Positions 8,808-25,818 of a stretch of 64,000 bases of DNA are shown here, in pieces. The notes under the pieces are model-generated. The model worked only from the letters and a program-made list of their open reading frames with translations. It was not told where the DNA came from and made no database searches. The DNA is from Desulfobacterales bacterium (lineage in GTDB: Bacteria; Desulfobacterota; Desulfobacteria; Desulfobacterales; JAAELO01), in NCBI GenBank assembly GCA_024226555.1, contig JAAELO010000457.1:70701-134700 (forward strand). Direction: 5' to 3'. A program made the translations under genes and the position numbers. Positions within the stretch are counted from its first letter, which is position 1; each line of letters starts with the position of its first letter.

Positions 8808-10994
8808 TTAAACTGAAAGCTCAAGCTCAACAACGGTTCCATCAGGTTCATCACTTATTATATTCAGGGATGCTCCAATTCGGGTTGCCCTGTATTGCAT
8901 TATTTTCATTCCAATACTCTTTGTCTCAATCTGACCAGTTATACCTGTTCCATCATCTTCAATTTTTAACTTTATATAACCGCTTTCTTCAAACAGAGAA
9001 ATATTAACACTTTGTGCATTAGCATGCTTTACGGAGTTATGTACAGCTTCATGGACAATATAGTAAAGATGTCCCGCTATAGAGTTATCTTCTAAATTGT
9101 GTGTAATGTTGTAACTCAATTTACATTTGATATTGAAAATATCCCTGATGTAGCCAGCAAGATCTTCAAGTGAGGTTTCAAAATCTTTTTCAGCAAGATT
9201 AATTGGGTAAAGGCCCATTGAAAGTTGTCTCGTTTTATCAATACTATCCAAAATGAGTGATCTTATTTTGTCTGCACTATCTGCTTCAGCAGATGATGTT
9301 TTATCCAGTTTCTCTTTTAATATTTTAATAAGAACTTCTATTCCTATGAGTTGGGGGCAAAGATCATCATGCAGTTCCATCGCAATTTTCTGACGTTCCT
9401 TTTCGCTTATGTTTAATATTTCCCTTTCAAGCTGTCTTGCTTCTGTCATATCTTCAATAGCTACCAGTAAACATGATTCCCCCCAGACATCTACTGATTC
9501 TGCCGATATCATACCAATCCTCTTATCACCATCAGAATTAAGAAATTTAAACTCAATTGGTTTCTGTCTTCTGCGTGAAATTTTTTTAACAATTTCGCGC
9601 CCATCCTGTAAGTGGGGAAAAAAGCGGATTGTCATGAGTTCCCTTCCGATTATATCAAACATAGACAAACCAGTTATTTTGATGAAACTATCATTAACAT
9701 TTATGATTTTTGTACCATTAACAGTTGCTATAAACATTCCGCTGGGACTACTTCTAAATGCTTTGGAAAACATCTCCTCAGATAGTTTTAAAGCTTTTTC
9801 ACTTTTCTTATGCTCCATTATTGTAAGTTCAAGATTGTGGCTATAATTTTCAAGCTTTTCCATGAAATCATTGAAATACCTTGCTAATTCACCAATTTCA
9901 TCTTTTGATCGAACTGGCATTCGTACTTTAAGATTTCCTGAAGCTCCTTCATGGAGGTTACTCATCAAAGATTTCAATGGATTTATAACTGATCTGTTTA
10001 TACCCAATGATGCAAAAGATACAAAAGCGATTATAATTAAAATAGTTGCTATAAAAATGTGACCAATTGTTACAAGAGGTTTGTAAATTTCATCATGATA
10101 TACAGCGGAAGCTATTATCCAGTCATATTCAGGGATATAGTTAAAAATAACCATCTTTTCTCGTTCTGTTTTGTCACCAGGGTTTTTCCAGGCATAGGTA
10201 AGCTTACCACTTTTTTGCCTGCATATATCCCTTACAAAATAATTCCCATTTTTATCTTTTTTATTGTAATAATTTCCTTTAAGAAAGGGATGAACAAGTA
10301 TGTTTCCTTTACTGTCTGAAATGTATGTGTAGCCGGAATCTCCATATTTCAGTCCTAAAATACTATCTTTAAAATCTGAAATATCTATCAACTCTTTAAA
10401 TTCATAACGATATGAAGTGGCTGTTATAATCCAATCCCACTCTTTAAAATAGGACATGTACATAGCTTTGGGTTTTTTGAATTTATCTTCAGGATTTTTC
10501 CATTCGTACTCAAGATACCCCTGTTTCATTCTCATCATATGTTTAACAAAATTACGATTCATGAAATTTTTGCCTGCGACACCAGAATTTGGGTGTTCTT
10601 CAGCAATACCTTTTGAATTAGCACAAAAGATATAACCTGTTTTACCTATTGTCTGACTAAAAAGTACTTTTCGTGAGAGGTTTTTTGCAACAGCTTCCGT
10701 AATTTTACCATCTTTATAATCCTTATAAAAACCTGCAACAATCTCTTTATTTTTCTCAGCAACAGCTTTTAAATGGTTTTTTATTGAAGTACTTGCAGCT
10801 GTTCTTACCATATTCAGGATTGTAGAAGTTGCATTTGTAAGTTCGCTCTCTATGTTGGTTTCGATTGTGTCCCTTACAGTGAAGTAGATAACAGAACCAC
10901 CCAAGATAGTAGCTATTACAAAAATAAAGGTATAGCCAATGAGTAACTTAAATTTGATTTTAATATTTCTAAAGTAATTAACAAAAAAATTCAT
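8808..10994 (-). CDS. Cache-HAMP-PAS sensor histidine kinase (HisKA_3)
   Basis: TM, two Cache modules (GYIF/GYTY, Y.WKNP), HAMP (DEIGELA), PAS, ERQKIAMELHD, EAVHNSVKHA, DDGTG. Confidence 0.93.
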   Translation of the reverse strand: MNFFVNYFRNIKIKFKLLIGYTFIFVIATILGGSVIYFTVRDTIETNIESELTNATSTILNMVRTAASTSIKNHLKAVAEKNKEIVAGFYKDYKDGKITEAVAKNLSRKVLFSQTIGKTGYIFCANSKGIAEEHPNSGVAGKNFMNRNFVKHMMRMKQGYLEYEWKNPEDKFKKPKAMYMSYFKEWDWIITATSYRYEFKELIDISDFKDSILGLKYGDSGYTYISDSKGNILVHPFLKGNYYNKKDKNGNYFVRDICRQKSGKLTYAWKNPGDKTEREKMVIFNYIPEYDWIIASAVYHDEIYKPLVTIGHIFIATILIIIAFVSFASLGINRSVINPLKSLMSNLHEGASGNLKVRMPVRSKDEIGELARYFNDFMEKLENYSHNLELTIMEHKKSEKALKLSEEMFSKAFRSSPSGMFIATVNGTKIINVNDSFIKITGLSMFDIIGRELMTIRFFPHLQDGREIVKKISRRRQKPIEFKFLNSDGDKRIGMISAESVDVWGESCLLVAIEDMTEARQLEREILNISEKERQKIAMELHDDLCPQLIGIEVLIKILKEKLDKTSSAEADSADKIRSLILDSIDKTRQLSMGLYPINLAEKDFETSLEDLAGYIRDIFNIKCKLSYNITHNLEDNSIAGHLYYIVHEAVHNSVKHANAQSVNISLFEESGYIKLKIEDDGTGITGQIETKSIGMKIMQYRATRIGASLNIISDEPDGTVVELELSV

Positions 10995-11496
10995 TTAAAT
11001 CCTTTGGAAAATTTCTTTTAAGATTTTAAAATCAATACTATTGGGATTGATCTATTTGTCAACGTATAAAAAAATAGAAAGGGAAAACATAATAATAAAA
11101 AATTAACAGAAATGTACATATTTTATAACCGGGTGGATATTTGCAGAACTATCGCAAAAAGATTTATGATTCATAAAGATAAAGAGGTAATTTTGTGTAT
11201 CGATTTTGATTTGTAAGAATCTTACATGATAAAAACTAACATTTTCCTGATAAATTGAAAATAATTGTATTATTTTAAAATTCTATAAATAAAGAATAAA
11301 GCTTTAAACAAGGTATTTTGTATATATTGTATTGAATTTAAAGAAAATATTTTTTAAAATCAAGATACGTTGCTATTGATTTTTATATTCTAATATGAAA
11401 ACTATAATATCAAAATTAGAATCTATATTACCAAAATCGTTTTTTCTTGCTAACTTAAAGTTGTAAAATAGGATGTCCGTTTAAAAGTATGACGCT

Positions 11497-11931
11497 ATGA
11501 ATTTGGATACAATATTTAAAAATATGGAAAATATGGCTGGTGGTGCAAAACTGACACTTCCTCCAAATAGTTTTATCGAAATGGACGGTAAAGTTATAGA
11601 TTATATTGATGGAAAATCAATAAAAGTTTCATTTCCTGTTTATGAAAAATATAATAATCCAGCCGGCATAATGCTGGGAGGCTTTTTACCTGTTTTCTTC
11701 GATCTTAGTTTCGGACCGCTTTCTTACCTTGTTGCAAAAAAACCTACATCAAGCCTTGATCTCAATACCACTTTTATAAAACCAGTAACTGCAAAAGATA
11801 AAGAGATTATAATTGATGCTAAAGTTGTTAATCATAGTAAATCCTACCTCATACTTGAAGCGGAAGCTTTTAACAATAAAGACGTGTTGGTAGGAAAATC
11901 AACATCAAGAATGTTGATCTTTAATAGTTGA
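11497..11931 (+). CDS. PaaI-family thioesterase
   Basis: NPAGIMLGG...FD hotdog-fold motif. Confidence 0.85.
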   Translation: MNLDTIFKNMENMAGGAKLTLPPNSFIEMDGKVIDYIDGKSIKVSFPVYEKYNNPAGIMLGGFLPVFFDLSFGPLSYLVAKKPTSSLDLNTTFIKPVTAKDKEIIIDAKVVNHSKSYLILEAEAFNNKDVLVGKSTSRMLIFNS

Positions 11932-11936
11932 TTAAA

Positions 11937-12075
11937 GAGAATTTTTAATAATTAGAATTTTTTATGAAATAAGGTTTATAAAAACTTTCAGTTTTGTAAA
12001 ACCTCTGTATGACAAAAAATGACAAAAAGTTTTTTTGCATATATTTGGGAAAATGATCAGTTATTAGAGATTCCC
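11937..12075. mobile_element. Degenerate MITE copy with palindromic insert
   Basis: GAGAATTTTTAATAATTAGAA...CAGTTATTAGAGATTCCC. Confidence 0.7.
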
Positions 12076-12128
12076 TTAAAATATTTAAAAAAGGTTAGTT
12101 TTATAAATTTATAAAGGGGTTTTTTTTT

Positions 12129-13856
12129 ATGAAGTTTTCTATCAATGACTCAATAATGAAAAAATTTGCGTCTCTCATCCTTATAGCTTTCATAGGTTTT
12201 GTCTTAATTAGCATTTTAAGTATTGTTGCTATTAATAAAGTTAATAAACTTGGAAAGATTGCAAGTATGGAAAGAGATGTTACTGTCAATATGTACAGAG
12301 CAGCAAAAAGTTTAGAAAAATATGCAACCACTGATGATGAACGATATTATAATAATTTTTCCCAATTAATAGGTGAAGTATTTTATGCATCAGATGCTAT
12401 TGGAAAACTCTATAATTACGTTCAGGAAGGTAAATCCGAAGATGAGATATTTCAGATTCTGGTAAAAAGAAAAGGAAGGGAATATGCTGAAGGTAGACTA
12501 GGCGCAATTAAAATGTTCTCTTCATTTAGCTCTGCAGATGAGTTGAAAGCTGTTGTCCAGGCTGCAAAAACATATTCGATTTTTGTTAATAATTACCTCG
12601 CACTTGCTAAAAAATATAAAGATTCAGGTGACGCACAAGTCAAATCATTCACATTAAGAGATATTGATAATCTGGCTGATGCAATAAATAAGGAAGGAAA
12701 GAATTATTTAAGTAAACTTCAGGGTCTTGCTGAAATGATCTCATCATTTTTTACAACCCTTCTTTTTGGATGTATTTTTATAGTTCTTGCTATAATTCTT
12801 GTTATGTCAGTTTTAATAATCAGATCTATAACCAAGCCGCTTAATGAAACGGTATCTTTTTCAAAAATTATGGCAGGTGGTGATTTTACAAACACGCTTT
12901 CGATAAAAAATAAGGATGAACTGGGACAACTTGCAACAGCTTTTAATTCAATGGTTACAAGTTTGAAAGGTATGATTTCTGATGTAACATCCGGTACTGA
13001 AACTTTAACATCCTCATCCACAAATCTTCTTGAGATATCAGATCAAATGAGTTCTGGAAGTCATAACACACTTATGAAATCAGAAAAAGTTGCTAATGCT
13101 GCTCAGGAGATGAGTTCTAACATAAATTCAGTGGCAGCAGCAATGGAACAAACTGCAACAAATATTAGTCTGGTAGCTTCAGCGGCAGAAGAGATGACAT
13201 CTACAATTACTGAAATTGGTAATAACTCAGAAAATGCAAGGGTAATTACAGGTGAAGCTGTAAAACAGGCCGGTGAAACATCCCAACGAGTCCAGAATCT
13301 TGGGATTGCTGCACAGGATATTGGAGCTGTAACACAAACAATTACCGATATATCAGAACAGACAAATCTTTTAGCATTGAATGCTACAATTGAGGCAGCA
13401 CGTGCTGGTGAATCAGGTAAAGGATTTGCAGTTGTTGCTGGTGAGATTAAAAGTCTTGCACAGCAAACAGCTGATGCTACACTTGAGATAAAAGGTAAAA
13501 TTCAGAGCATTCAGGATTCAACAAACTCCACGATAACTGATATTGATAGCATAACAAATGTTATTGGTAATATTAATGATATCGTATCAACAATAGCCTC
13601 TGCAGTTGAGGAGCAATCAATCACAACAAAAGAGATTGCAAGCAATATTTCCCAGGCAGCGACAGGTGTGGATGAAGTTAATACAAAAGTTTCATCAAGC
13701 TCTGTATTTGCAGCTGATATATCTACCGATATTCAGGATGTGAACCAGGCAACCAATGAGATGACAAGCAACAGTTCTATTGTTCAGGATAGTTCCGAAG
13801 AACTATCTGAGTTATCTGCTCAGCTAAAAGATATGATAGAAAAGTTTAAAATATAA
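12129..13856 (+). CDS. Methyl-accepting chemotaxis protein
   Basis: 2 [40 protein letters not shown]. Confidence 0.97.
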   Translation: MKFSINDSIMKKFASLILIAFIGFVLISILSIVAINKVNKLGKIASMERDVTVNMYRAAKSLEKYATTDDERYYNNFSQLIGEVFYASDAIGKLYNYVQEGKSEDEIFQILVKRKGREYAEGRLGAIKMFSSFSSADELKAVVQAAKTYSIFVNNYLALAKKYKDSGDAQVKSFTLRDIDNLADAINKEGKNYLSKLQGLAEMISSFFTTLLFGCIFIVLAIILVMSVLIIRSITKPLNETVSFSKIMAGGDFTNTLSIKNKDELGQLATAFNSMVTSLKGMISDVTSGTETLTSSSTNLLEISDQMSSGSHNTLMKSEKVANAAQEMSSNINSVAAAMEQTATNISLVASAAEEMTSTITEIGNNSENARVITGEAVKQAGETSQRVQNLGIAAQDIGAVTQTITDISEQTNLLALNATIEAARAGESGKGFAVVAGEIKSLAQQTADATLEIKGKIQSIQDSTNSTITDIDSITNVIGNINDIVSTIASAVEEQSITTKEIASNISQAATGVDEVNTKVSSSSVFAADISTDIQDVNQATNEMTSNSSIVQDSSEELSELSAQLKDMIEKFKI

Positions 13857-13863
13857 AAGGATG

Positions 13864-13890
13864 ACTAAGGGGCTTTTTTAGCCCCTTAGT
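13864..13890 (+). terminator. Terminator-like hairpin after the MCP gene
   Basis: ACTAAGGGGCT-TTTTT-AGCCCCTTAGT; no clear U-tract. Confidence 0.6.
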
Positions 13891-13920
13891 AATATTTAGA
13901 ATTCCTCAAAAATGAATACA

Positions 13921-14050
13921 GGGAACCTCTAAAAAATAGAAATTTTATTGAAATACAAGGATGAGAAATAAATAACGAAGCGATTTTACAACAGTTTTTT
14001 ATTTCGAATAACACAGTATTTCGGTCAAAGATCAGTTTTTAGAGGTTCTC
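13921..14050. mobile_element. 130-bp MITE copy, TACA target duplication
   Basis: GGGAACCTCTAAAAA...TTTTTAGAGGTTCTC flanked by the non-palindromic direct repeat TACA. Confidence 0.88.
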
Positions 14051-14128
14051 TACAGTTCTGAAGAAGGTTTTCAAGATTTTTTTTATTAAATCGCAGTAAC
14101 GTTAGTTTATCTTTAAATCTCTTTATTC

Positions 14129-17008
14129 TCAGGGAAGCCACTTGTTCAACATATCTATAACATTTTTCTTAATAATTGGTTTTGTGATGTAGTCATTCAT
14201 TCCAACCTCTAAACACTCATCAAGGTCTTTTTGCATAGCATTTGCTGTAACAGCAACAATTGGAATATTATGATCGAGAACATCGGAAGTTATATCACGT
14301 ATAATATTTGTAGCTTCAATACCTCCCATTACTGGCATTTGGAGATCCATAAACACAAGATCATATTTATTCTCTTTTAAAGCCTCTACGGCTTCATGAC
14401 CATTTATTGCAATATCAGCAGTAATACCAATTTTTTTAAATATTGAAAGTGCAACAGTTCTGTTTATTTTATTATCTTCAACAAGAAGTAGTTTTTTATC
14501 TGGTTTTCTGTTTTCATTGATGGAGTGTAAGGTGATGAGAGAATCGGGTTTATCTTCAATAGAGATACCCATAACATGTGCAAGGCAGTCGTACAAATCT
14601 CTTTCACGAATAGGTTTTGTTAAAAAAGCAGCGAAATCATTATCTTTACAGTTTTTAGCATCTCCACGAACACCCATTGACGTTAATAATATAAGGTGTG
14701 TATTTTTAAGATTTTCATCATTTTTAATCACTTCACCAACTTCGATTCCATTCATTCCTGGCATATACATATCTAATAAAACAATGTCAAATGGATCATT
14801 CTCTTCATAAGCCTTTTTTATTAAAATAATACCTTCACTTCCATCATGGGCAATTGAGTGATTGACTTTCCAGAATGATAGCATGGAACCAATTACTTTA
14901 CGGTTTGTTGCATTATCATCAATAAAAATAACTCTGGCCTTACTGAGATCTCCAATTTTCAGGACTGTGCTTTTTTGATTTGAATTTTTTAGTTCAATAG
15001 TAAACCAGAAAGTTGAACCTTTACCAAGCTCACTCTCAAGTCCTATAGTACCTCCCATAAGTTCCGCTAACTGTTTTGAAATTGCAAGACCAAGACCTGT
15101 ACCACCGAAAGTTCGTGTTGTTGAAGTATCTGCCTGAGTGAACTTTTCAAACATTTTTTCCTGATTCTCTTTGGATATACCAGGGCCGGTATCTCTTATA
15201 GAGAATTTTAAAATGTGATATTCGCTATTTACCTCTTCAATACTGCAGAATACTTCAATTTCACCTTTTTTAATAAACTTTATGGCATTGCCAACAAGGT
15301 TAGTAAGTATTTGTCTTAATCTTCCCGGGTCACCCTTAAAAAATTGTGGGATTTCAGGATTTACTGAGCTGATGAATTCAACATTTTTCTCATTTACTCT
15401 GAAAGCTACAGATTCAGAGAAATTATCGAGCAATCTTCTCAGGTCAAAGTCTATTTCTTCTATATCAAGCTTACCAGCTTCGATTTTTGAAAAATCAAGA
15501 ATGTCGTTAATCAGGAGAAGTAGGGCTTCTCCACTGTGTTTAACTGTATTTGCAAACTGTTTTTGTTCATTGCTTAGTTTTGATTCTAAAATAAGATCTA
15601 TCATTCCGATAACTCCATTTAGAGGAGTTCTTATTTCGTGGGACATATTAGCAAGAAATTCAGATTTTGCAATACTTGCGGCTTCAGCCCTGTCCTTTGC
15701 AGAAATCAGTTTAGTTGAGGTTATCTCAAGTTTATCTGCCATGTCATCAAAGGAGTTTGCAAGGGATGCGAACTCATCTTTTGCAGTTGTTTTAATTCTA
15801 TGTTTCAAATTTCCCTGTTTGAACAGAACTGTTCCTGAAATAACTACGGCCAGAGATTTTAAAAATGTGCTTTGAAGCGTGAAAAGTAAAGTGGAAATAA
15901 ACAATATTGTTACTGCAATAATGGTTGTTCCGGTCAAAGCTGAAAATAATGCGGATTCTGTTAAGTTACTGAAATCTTCAAGAAATTCTTTATACTCTCT
16001 ATTGATAGAGTTATTAACGTAATGAACTAATTCCTCATTTAGATATTTTTCAAGAGTAGTAGTAGTTAACCTTATTGCATTACTTTTATCCCTCTCTTCT
16101 ACACTTCGAAAAATCATGGTAGTAACTTCATCTAAACTATCAAAACTATCCCTTATTCTTATTCTTTCAGCTTTTTCTTTTACACTCTCTTTACCTATTT
16201 TTCTTTTTTGATCACGAGCCTCATCAAGGGATTTAAATTGTTCTACTACAACTGAATTGTATCTATAGAACTCTTCTCTATCTTCAAGTTCTTCTGTCAA
16301 AGTAAAGTCTACAACTTTTTTAAACATTCTTAATAGCGTAAAATGAATTTCCTGAACGGATACATATTCATTATATGTAGCATCAATTTTCTCAAATTTT
16401 ATTAAATTATCATCCCAGAAAAAAGTTCCCAGAGAAAGAGCAAGAGCTCTTAAGGAGTTAACATATCTGGTGCGTTCTCTTCTTTCTATATCATCTATGA
16501 GAAATACAAGTTTCTCATTAAAACGAAATTCCATTTTGTTTTTTATAAGATCGATCGCTGTAGTTTTTTTTCCTTTATTAATTAGTTTAATAGCTTCAAA
16601 AGACTTTTTATCGATATATTTATAATCTCTAACGGCTTGCTTGATTTTTCTATTTTCAATATTACTAATTCCTCTGGACTTTAAGATCTTATAAAGTTTA
16701 TCAGAAGCTTCATTACGCTTTGACTTATAAAATTTAAAAGATTCTAAATTCTTTTTGTTTTTTGTTAATGCATAATCACTCAGTTCCTTTAATTGACTAA
16801 TTATTGCACTTCTGATGCTGTAAGTATGTTTTAATGCTTCATAGGATCTTTTTGTGGATTCGATCTGGTCATTAACATTATATGCTGATCGGAGCATGAC
16901 AGCTACAACAACCAATAGAAAAACAATGTTAATAACTAATACTAATGTAATTCTTTTTTTTAGTGTCATTAATTTTGCCTTGTAACTTACAGAAAAATCA
17001 TAAAACAT
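14129..17008 (-). CDS. Hybrid sensor histidine kinase (HAMP, HisKA, HATPase, two REC)
   Basis: [33 protein letters not shown], two receiver domains. Confidence 0.95.
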   Translation of the reverse strand: MFYDFSVSYKAKLMTLKKRITLVLVINIVFLLVVVAVMLRSAYNVNDQIESTKRSYEALKHTYSIRSAIISQLKELSDYALTKNKKNLESFKFYKSKRNEASDKLYKILKSRGISNIENRKIKQAVRDYKYIDKKSFEAIKLINKGKKTTAIDLIKNKMEFRFNEKLVFLIDDIERRERTRYVNSLRALALSLGTFFWDDNLIKFEKIDATYNEYVSVQEIHFTLLRMFKKVVDFTLTEELEDREEFYRYNSVVVEQFKSLDEARDQKRKIGKESVKEKAERIRIRDSFDSLDEVTTMIFRSVEERDKSNAIRLTTTTLEKYLNEELVHYVNNSINREYKEFLEDFSNLTESALFSALTGTTIIAVTILFISTLLFTLQSTFLKSLAVVISGTVLFKQGNLKHRIKTTAKDEFASLANSFDDMADKLEITSTKLISAKDRAEAASIAKSEFLANMSHEIRTPLNGVIGMIDLILESKLSNEQKQFANTVKHSGEALLLLINDILDFSKIEAGKLDIEEIDFDLRRLLDNFSESVAFRVNEKNVEFISSVNPEIPQFFKGDPGRLRQILTNLVGNAIKFIKKGEIEVFCSIEEVNSEYHILKFSIRDTGPGISKENQEKMFEKFTQADTSTTRTFGGTGLGLAISKQLAELMGGTIGLESELGKGSTFWFTIELKNSNQKSTVLKIGDLSKARVIFIDDNATNRKVIGSMLSFWKVNHSIAHDGSEGIILIKKAYEENDPFDIVLLDMYMPGMNGIEVGEVIKNDENLKNTHLILLTSMGVRGDAKNCKDNDFAAFLTKPIRERDLYDCLAHVMGISIEDKPDSLITLHSINENRKPDKKLLLVEDNKINRTVALSIFKKIGITADIAINGHEAVEALKENKYDLVFMDLQMPVMGGIEATNIIRDITSDVLDHNIPIVAVTANAMQKDLDECLEVGMNDYITKPIIKKNVIDMLNKWLP

Positions 17009-17161
17009 TTTTTCTGTAGTATTTTCAAAAACAATAAATTATGCGGGTAAGTTCCTTAAAATTTAATGGATAAGTTATCACATTCTGATTTTTGTATTTT
17101 GTCATTAATACTTATTCGTAATAATAACAGTTCAATACTTTGTTTGTCAAAAATAATTAAA

Positions 17162-17500
17162 AAAAACGAGCCACAAACCAACTGTTATTAATGAGGGCTC
17201 CTGATAATCTGTTTATAGATTTAATTCTCCCCTCCCTTATTAAGAAAAGTACGAAGACTGTTGCCTCCGGCATATAGGACAAGGCATAAAAATTCTGTAA
17301 TAAGAATTATTGATAGCAGAATTGAAAGTTGCGGTTATTAATAAAGAAGGATCTATAAATGGTGGCAGAAGGGATATCATAAATGCCCTTTAGGATTTGC
17401 TAAGTCTGTAAGGAACCCTTGAATAAGGTATTTAAAACCTGATTCCTCGGAAATACTGTTATGGGAATCTCCATTTTGAAGAGTATAATTTTCACCCAAA
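17162..17500 (-). pseudogene. LysE/RhtB-family translocator remnant
   Basis: Frameshifted segments QGFLTDLANPKG / AFMISLLPPFIDPS / PQLSILLSIILITEFLCLVLYAGG / INRLSGAL...VGLWL. Confidence 0.75.
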
Positions 17501-17812
17501 AAATATCAAAAAGAATAATTTATGTTTGGGCTCGGTGGAAGATTAAGGAAGGAAACATATATATAAATTAAAAAAAAACTATAGTTTTGTTTTTGCTAAA
17601 AACAATTTTAGATTATGTCCTTAATTATTTATGTATCCTTTGTTTACTCCTTTCTAATTTACATATTATATTCAATAAAAAAGAGATTTTGTCATCTTAA
17701 AAAGTTATTCAGTTGTTGTATTATTACTTAATGTTCTTGCTTAATAAGTTGATAACATATAAAATATAATAATTTTTAGTCTAAAAAATAAATCCAAAAA
17801 AAAGGAGTCGTT

Positions 17813-18124
17813 ATGAATTTCTACTTAGACGCATTAAAAAAGTATGCTGTTTTTTCAGGTCGTTCAACAAGACAAGAATTCTGGATGTTTACTCTAATTA
17901 ACCTTCTTATTAGTATTGCTATAAGTGTTATAGCAACAATAATTAAAGTTCCTATTATTTCATCTCTTTATAGTTTGGCTGTTATGCTACCCGCAATTGG
18001 TATTGGTGTTAGAAGGTTGCATGATATTAACAAAAGTGGTTGGTGGTGTTTATTGCCATTTGTTAACATATATTTCTGGTGTTTACCTGCAACTGAAGGT
18101 GAAAACAAATTTGACGATAAATAG
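17813..18124 (+). CDS. DUF805 (YhaH-like) membrane protein
   Basis: KKYAVFSGRSTRQEFW...VRRLHDINKSGWW. Confidence 0.92.
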   Translation: MNFYLDALKKYAVFSGRSTRQEFWMFTLINLLISIAISVIATIIKVPIISSLYSLAVMLPAIGIGVRRLHDINKSGWWCLLPFVNIYFWCLPATEGENKFDDK

Positions 18125-18126
18125 TT

Positions 18127-18156
18127 AAAAAAAAGCGGAGCTTAAGCTCCGCTTTT
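18127..18156. terminator. Bidirectional terminator
   Basis: A-tract, GCGGAGC-TTAA-GCTCCGC, T-tract between convergent genes. Confidence 0.8.
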
Positions 18157-20077
18157 ATTCTATCCCCAAATCCTTCATTTTTCTCCAAAGTGTTGATCTG
18201 CTAATATTCAATTCTTTTGCTGTTTTTGTTTTATTAAATCGAAATTTTTCAAGTGTTTCTTTAATTATTTTAGATTCACTTTCCAATGCATTTTTCTTAA
18301 TCTTATTTTTCAAAGAACTTTCTAATATTGATTCAGGTATTTCTATTTCAACTAATTGACTATATTCGATGAGCTCCTGGTACAGATATTCCAGGCTATC
18401 ATCTTTGGAAATAAGGTTGTAGTTCAGAACAAGTTTTTCACTGAAATTCCTTAACTGTCTGACATTTCCAGGCCATTGATAATCTACTAGTTTCATAACA
18501 TATGAATCGGGAATTTTAATTAGCTTCATCTCATTTTTTTGAGAGAAGTATTTTATAAAATATCTGAGTAGATAAGGTATATCATCTTTCCTTTTTTTAA
18601 GAGCTGGGATTGAAATTCTCAAGACATTAAGTCTGAAGAAAAGATCTTCTCTAAAGGTACCGCTATGCATCGCATTTGTAAGATCTCTGCCAGCTGCAAC
18701 AATTCTTACATCCACAGGAATACTTTCTTCCCCGCCTATTCTTCTAACCTCTTTTTCCTGAATTACCCGAAGTAAAAGAACCTGAACATTTAAAGGCGTT
18801 GAGTCGATCTCATCTAAAAAGATTGTACCTTGATGGGCGATCTCAAAAAGACCAGGCTTTCCTCCTTTTCTTGATCCTGTAAATGCACCTTCCACATATC
18901 CAAACAGTTCACTTTCAAGAAGTTGATCTGGAAGAGCAGCACAATTTACAGAGACAAAAGGATGTTTCTTTCGGGGGCTCAAGTTGTGAATACTACTTGC
19001 TACAATCTCTTTACCCGTTCCTGTTTCGCCAATGATAAGAATGGATGAATCTGTTTTTGCAAACTGCTTACACATTTTTGCAACAATTTTCATGGATTCA
19101 TCTCTGTGGATCAGATCTTTTAAATTATATTTTGCTACAAATCCTTTGGAAAAAGATTTTCTTACAACTTTCTCTGACCGCATAACATTTGAAACATCCT
19201 GTATTATAGATACAGCACCAATAATATCATCGTCTAAAGTTATTGGCAGATGGCTGGACATGTAGTTTTTGTTTTGAATTTTATCAAGCTGATCCTCAAG
19301 TGGAACTTTTGTTTTTATTACGTCATTCAATGGGCTTGTTATAAATTTGTTAACAGGCATACCCACAACATCTTCTTCTATCCCAAGAATTCTTTTAGCA
19401 GCGCTGTTAAGTATAGTTATATTTTCTTTTTCATCCACAGAGATTATCCCATCATTTGAAGATTCAATAATTGATCTATATCGCTGGGTCTTGGCTTTCT
19501 CTTCTCTGTTAGAGAGGGCTACAGATTTTGCACTTTCTATTGTTGAAGCGATATCATCATTTGAGGTATCTATTCCAACAAAATTCATATCTAAATCCCT
19601 GGCAATTTTATTTGTCAGATTTCCACCTAAAACAACATCACACCCTTCTGATTTTCCTTTTTCAATAACTTTTATAAGGCTGTTGTTGTCTTTATAGATT
19701 CCCTGAGTGACCTTAATATTAAGTAGTTTTTCAAGTGTTTTAATTGCATCGATTTTTTGCCTGAAAACCGGAAACAGAATTTTAACTCCATACTCTTTTG
19801 CTTTATTTAGACTTGTCAAAACATCAAGTGAACGATGGGGAAATGATAAAACAGGTATTGTAAGGTTTTCTCTTAATATATGTGCTGTTCCACGCCTGCT
19901 GATTATAACTTCAACACCATTTTTTACCATACCTTGTGCGGTTTGGATAGACTCGCTCAAACCAATTGAACTTATATAGAGATCAAGATCTTTATTTGCA
20001 TCACTACTCGTAATTCTTTCGCTGAATGTTTCGCTTGAAGCCAAAATACCAATTTTAATTTTTTTATCTTGTATCAT
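18155..20077 (-). CDS. PrpR-like sigma-54 enhancer-binding protein (PrpR_N, PAS, AAA+, Fis HTH)
   Basis: VIISRRGTA PrpR_N-like region, GETGTGKE, ESELFGYVEGAFTG, FLDEI, WPGNVRQL, C-terminal HTH. Confidence 0.92.
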   Translation of the reverse strand: MIQDKKIKIGILASSETFSERITSSDANKDLDLYISSIGLSESIQTAQGMVKNGVEVIISRRGTAHILRENLTIPVLSFPHRSLDVLTSLNKAKEYGVKILFPVFRQKIDAIKTLEKLLNIKVTQGIYKDNNSLIKVIEKGKSEGCDVVLGGNLTNKIARDLDMNFVGIDTSNDDIASTIESAKSVALSNREEKAKTQRYRSIIESSNDGIISVDEKENITILNSAAKRILGIEEDVVGMPVNKFITSPLNDVIKTKVPLEDQLDKIQNKNYMSSHLPITLDDDIIGAVSIIQDVSNVMRSEKVVRKSFSKGFVAKYNLKDLIHRDESMKIVAKMCKQFAKTDSSILIIGETGTGKEIVASSIHNLSPRKKHPFVSVNCAALPDQLLESELFGYVEGAFTGSRKGGKPGLFEIAHQGTIFLDEIDSTPLNVQVLLLRVIQEKEVRRIGGEESIPVDVRIVAAGRDLTNAMHSGTFREDLFFRLNVLRISIPALKKRKDDIPYLLRYFIKYFSQKNEMKLIKIPDSYVMKLVDYQWPGNVRQLRNFSEKLVLNYNLISKDDSLEYLYQELIEYSQLVEIEIPESILESSLKNKIKKNALESESKIIKETLEKFRFNKTKTAKELNISRSTLWRKMKDLGIE

Positions 20078-20092
20078 TTCAGACCTATTTGC

Positions 20093-20108
20093 GTTTCATT
20101 AATGAAAC
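20093..20108. promoter_or_regulatory. Putative enhancer (UAS) for the PrpR-like activator
   Basis: Perfect palindrome GTTTCATTAATGAAAC about 165 bp upstream of the sigma-54 promoter. Confidence 0.6.
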
Positions 20109-20271
20109 ACATTGTTACATGAAAAGAACGATATGTCAAAATTATAGAACATTTTATTTTACGTTTTATTTATTTTAAATATATTATTTAATAATAAAAT
20201 ATTATATAAAATAGGTGTAATATTGATTCTTTGCTTGCTTTTAAAATATAAAACCAGTCATAATTTTCAGA

Positions 20272-20287
20272 TGGCATTCTAATTGCA
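20272..20287 (+). promoter_or_regulatory. Sigma-54 (-24/-12) promoter of acnA-icd
   Basis: TGGCATTCTAATTGCA = GG-N10-GC. Confidence 0.8.
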
Positions 20288-20349
20288 AAATATTGAAGAA
20301 ATTATAAATGTATTGAATTGTTGCATAATCTTTTATTACGGAGAATTAA

Positions 20350-25235
<4,886 letters not shown>

Positions 25236-25267
25236 TTTCTGGATATATTTTTTAAAATTATTTTTAG

Positions 25268-25293
25268 AGGGAGGGCTTGTGTCCTCCCTTTTT
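25268..25293 (+). terminator. Terminator after icd
   Basis: AGGGAGG...CCTCCCT followed by T-tract. Confidence 0.7.
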
Positions 25294-25324
25294 AAGTTTT
25301 GTCTACTTTTCTATAGATGGGTAA

Positions 25325-25818
25325 ATGAATAAAATATTAACTATCATATTATTAACAATTTTTTTAACAAGTTGCTCAACTGTTTTTTCTAAAAAAGAAG
25401 TTTTAAAACTTTAAGTGAAGCCACTTCTTTTATTCAAAAATCTCTAAAAGACCGTAATTATACAGCATTGGATAGTTCGCTTTTAGTAAAAGAGAATTCG
25501 AATTATCTTTAGGGAATCTCTAATAACTGATCTTTTTACGAAACACAGCGTTATAACAAAAATAAAACTGTAGTAAAATCAACCCGTTGTTTTTTGTTAT
25601 GCCTTGTTTTTCATCAAAAAATCTAATTATTAGAGGTTCCCTTTATATACTCTGATTTAGCTAAATATAATCTTGTTGAAATATACAAAGATGAAGTTTT
25701 CAACGAAGAATTTAAACGGCATACGTTAGGTGGACATTTGGGTAAATTAGGTTGTATTCATATTGATTTCTTAAAAAAAGAGAAGTGGCATATTGAAAAG
25801 ATTTGGAGGTGTAAATAA
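25325..25818 (+). pseudogene. Lipoprotein gene disrupted by a MITE and frameshifts
   Basis: MNKILTIILLTIFLTSC lipobox; reading continues after a frameshift up to the MITE; a 58-codon open frame after the MITE ends ...WHIEKIWRCK*. Confidence 0.6.
25512..25641. mobile_element. 130-bp MITE copy, TTTA target duplication
   Basis: GGGAATCTCTAATAA...TTATTAGAGGTTCCC flanked by the direct repeat TTTA. Confidence 0.9.

Noticed and set aside
8801-8854. Longer N-terminus of the response regulator
   Set aside because: Overlaps the kinase 3' end; better RBS and start at 8800
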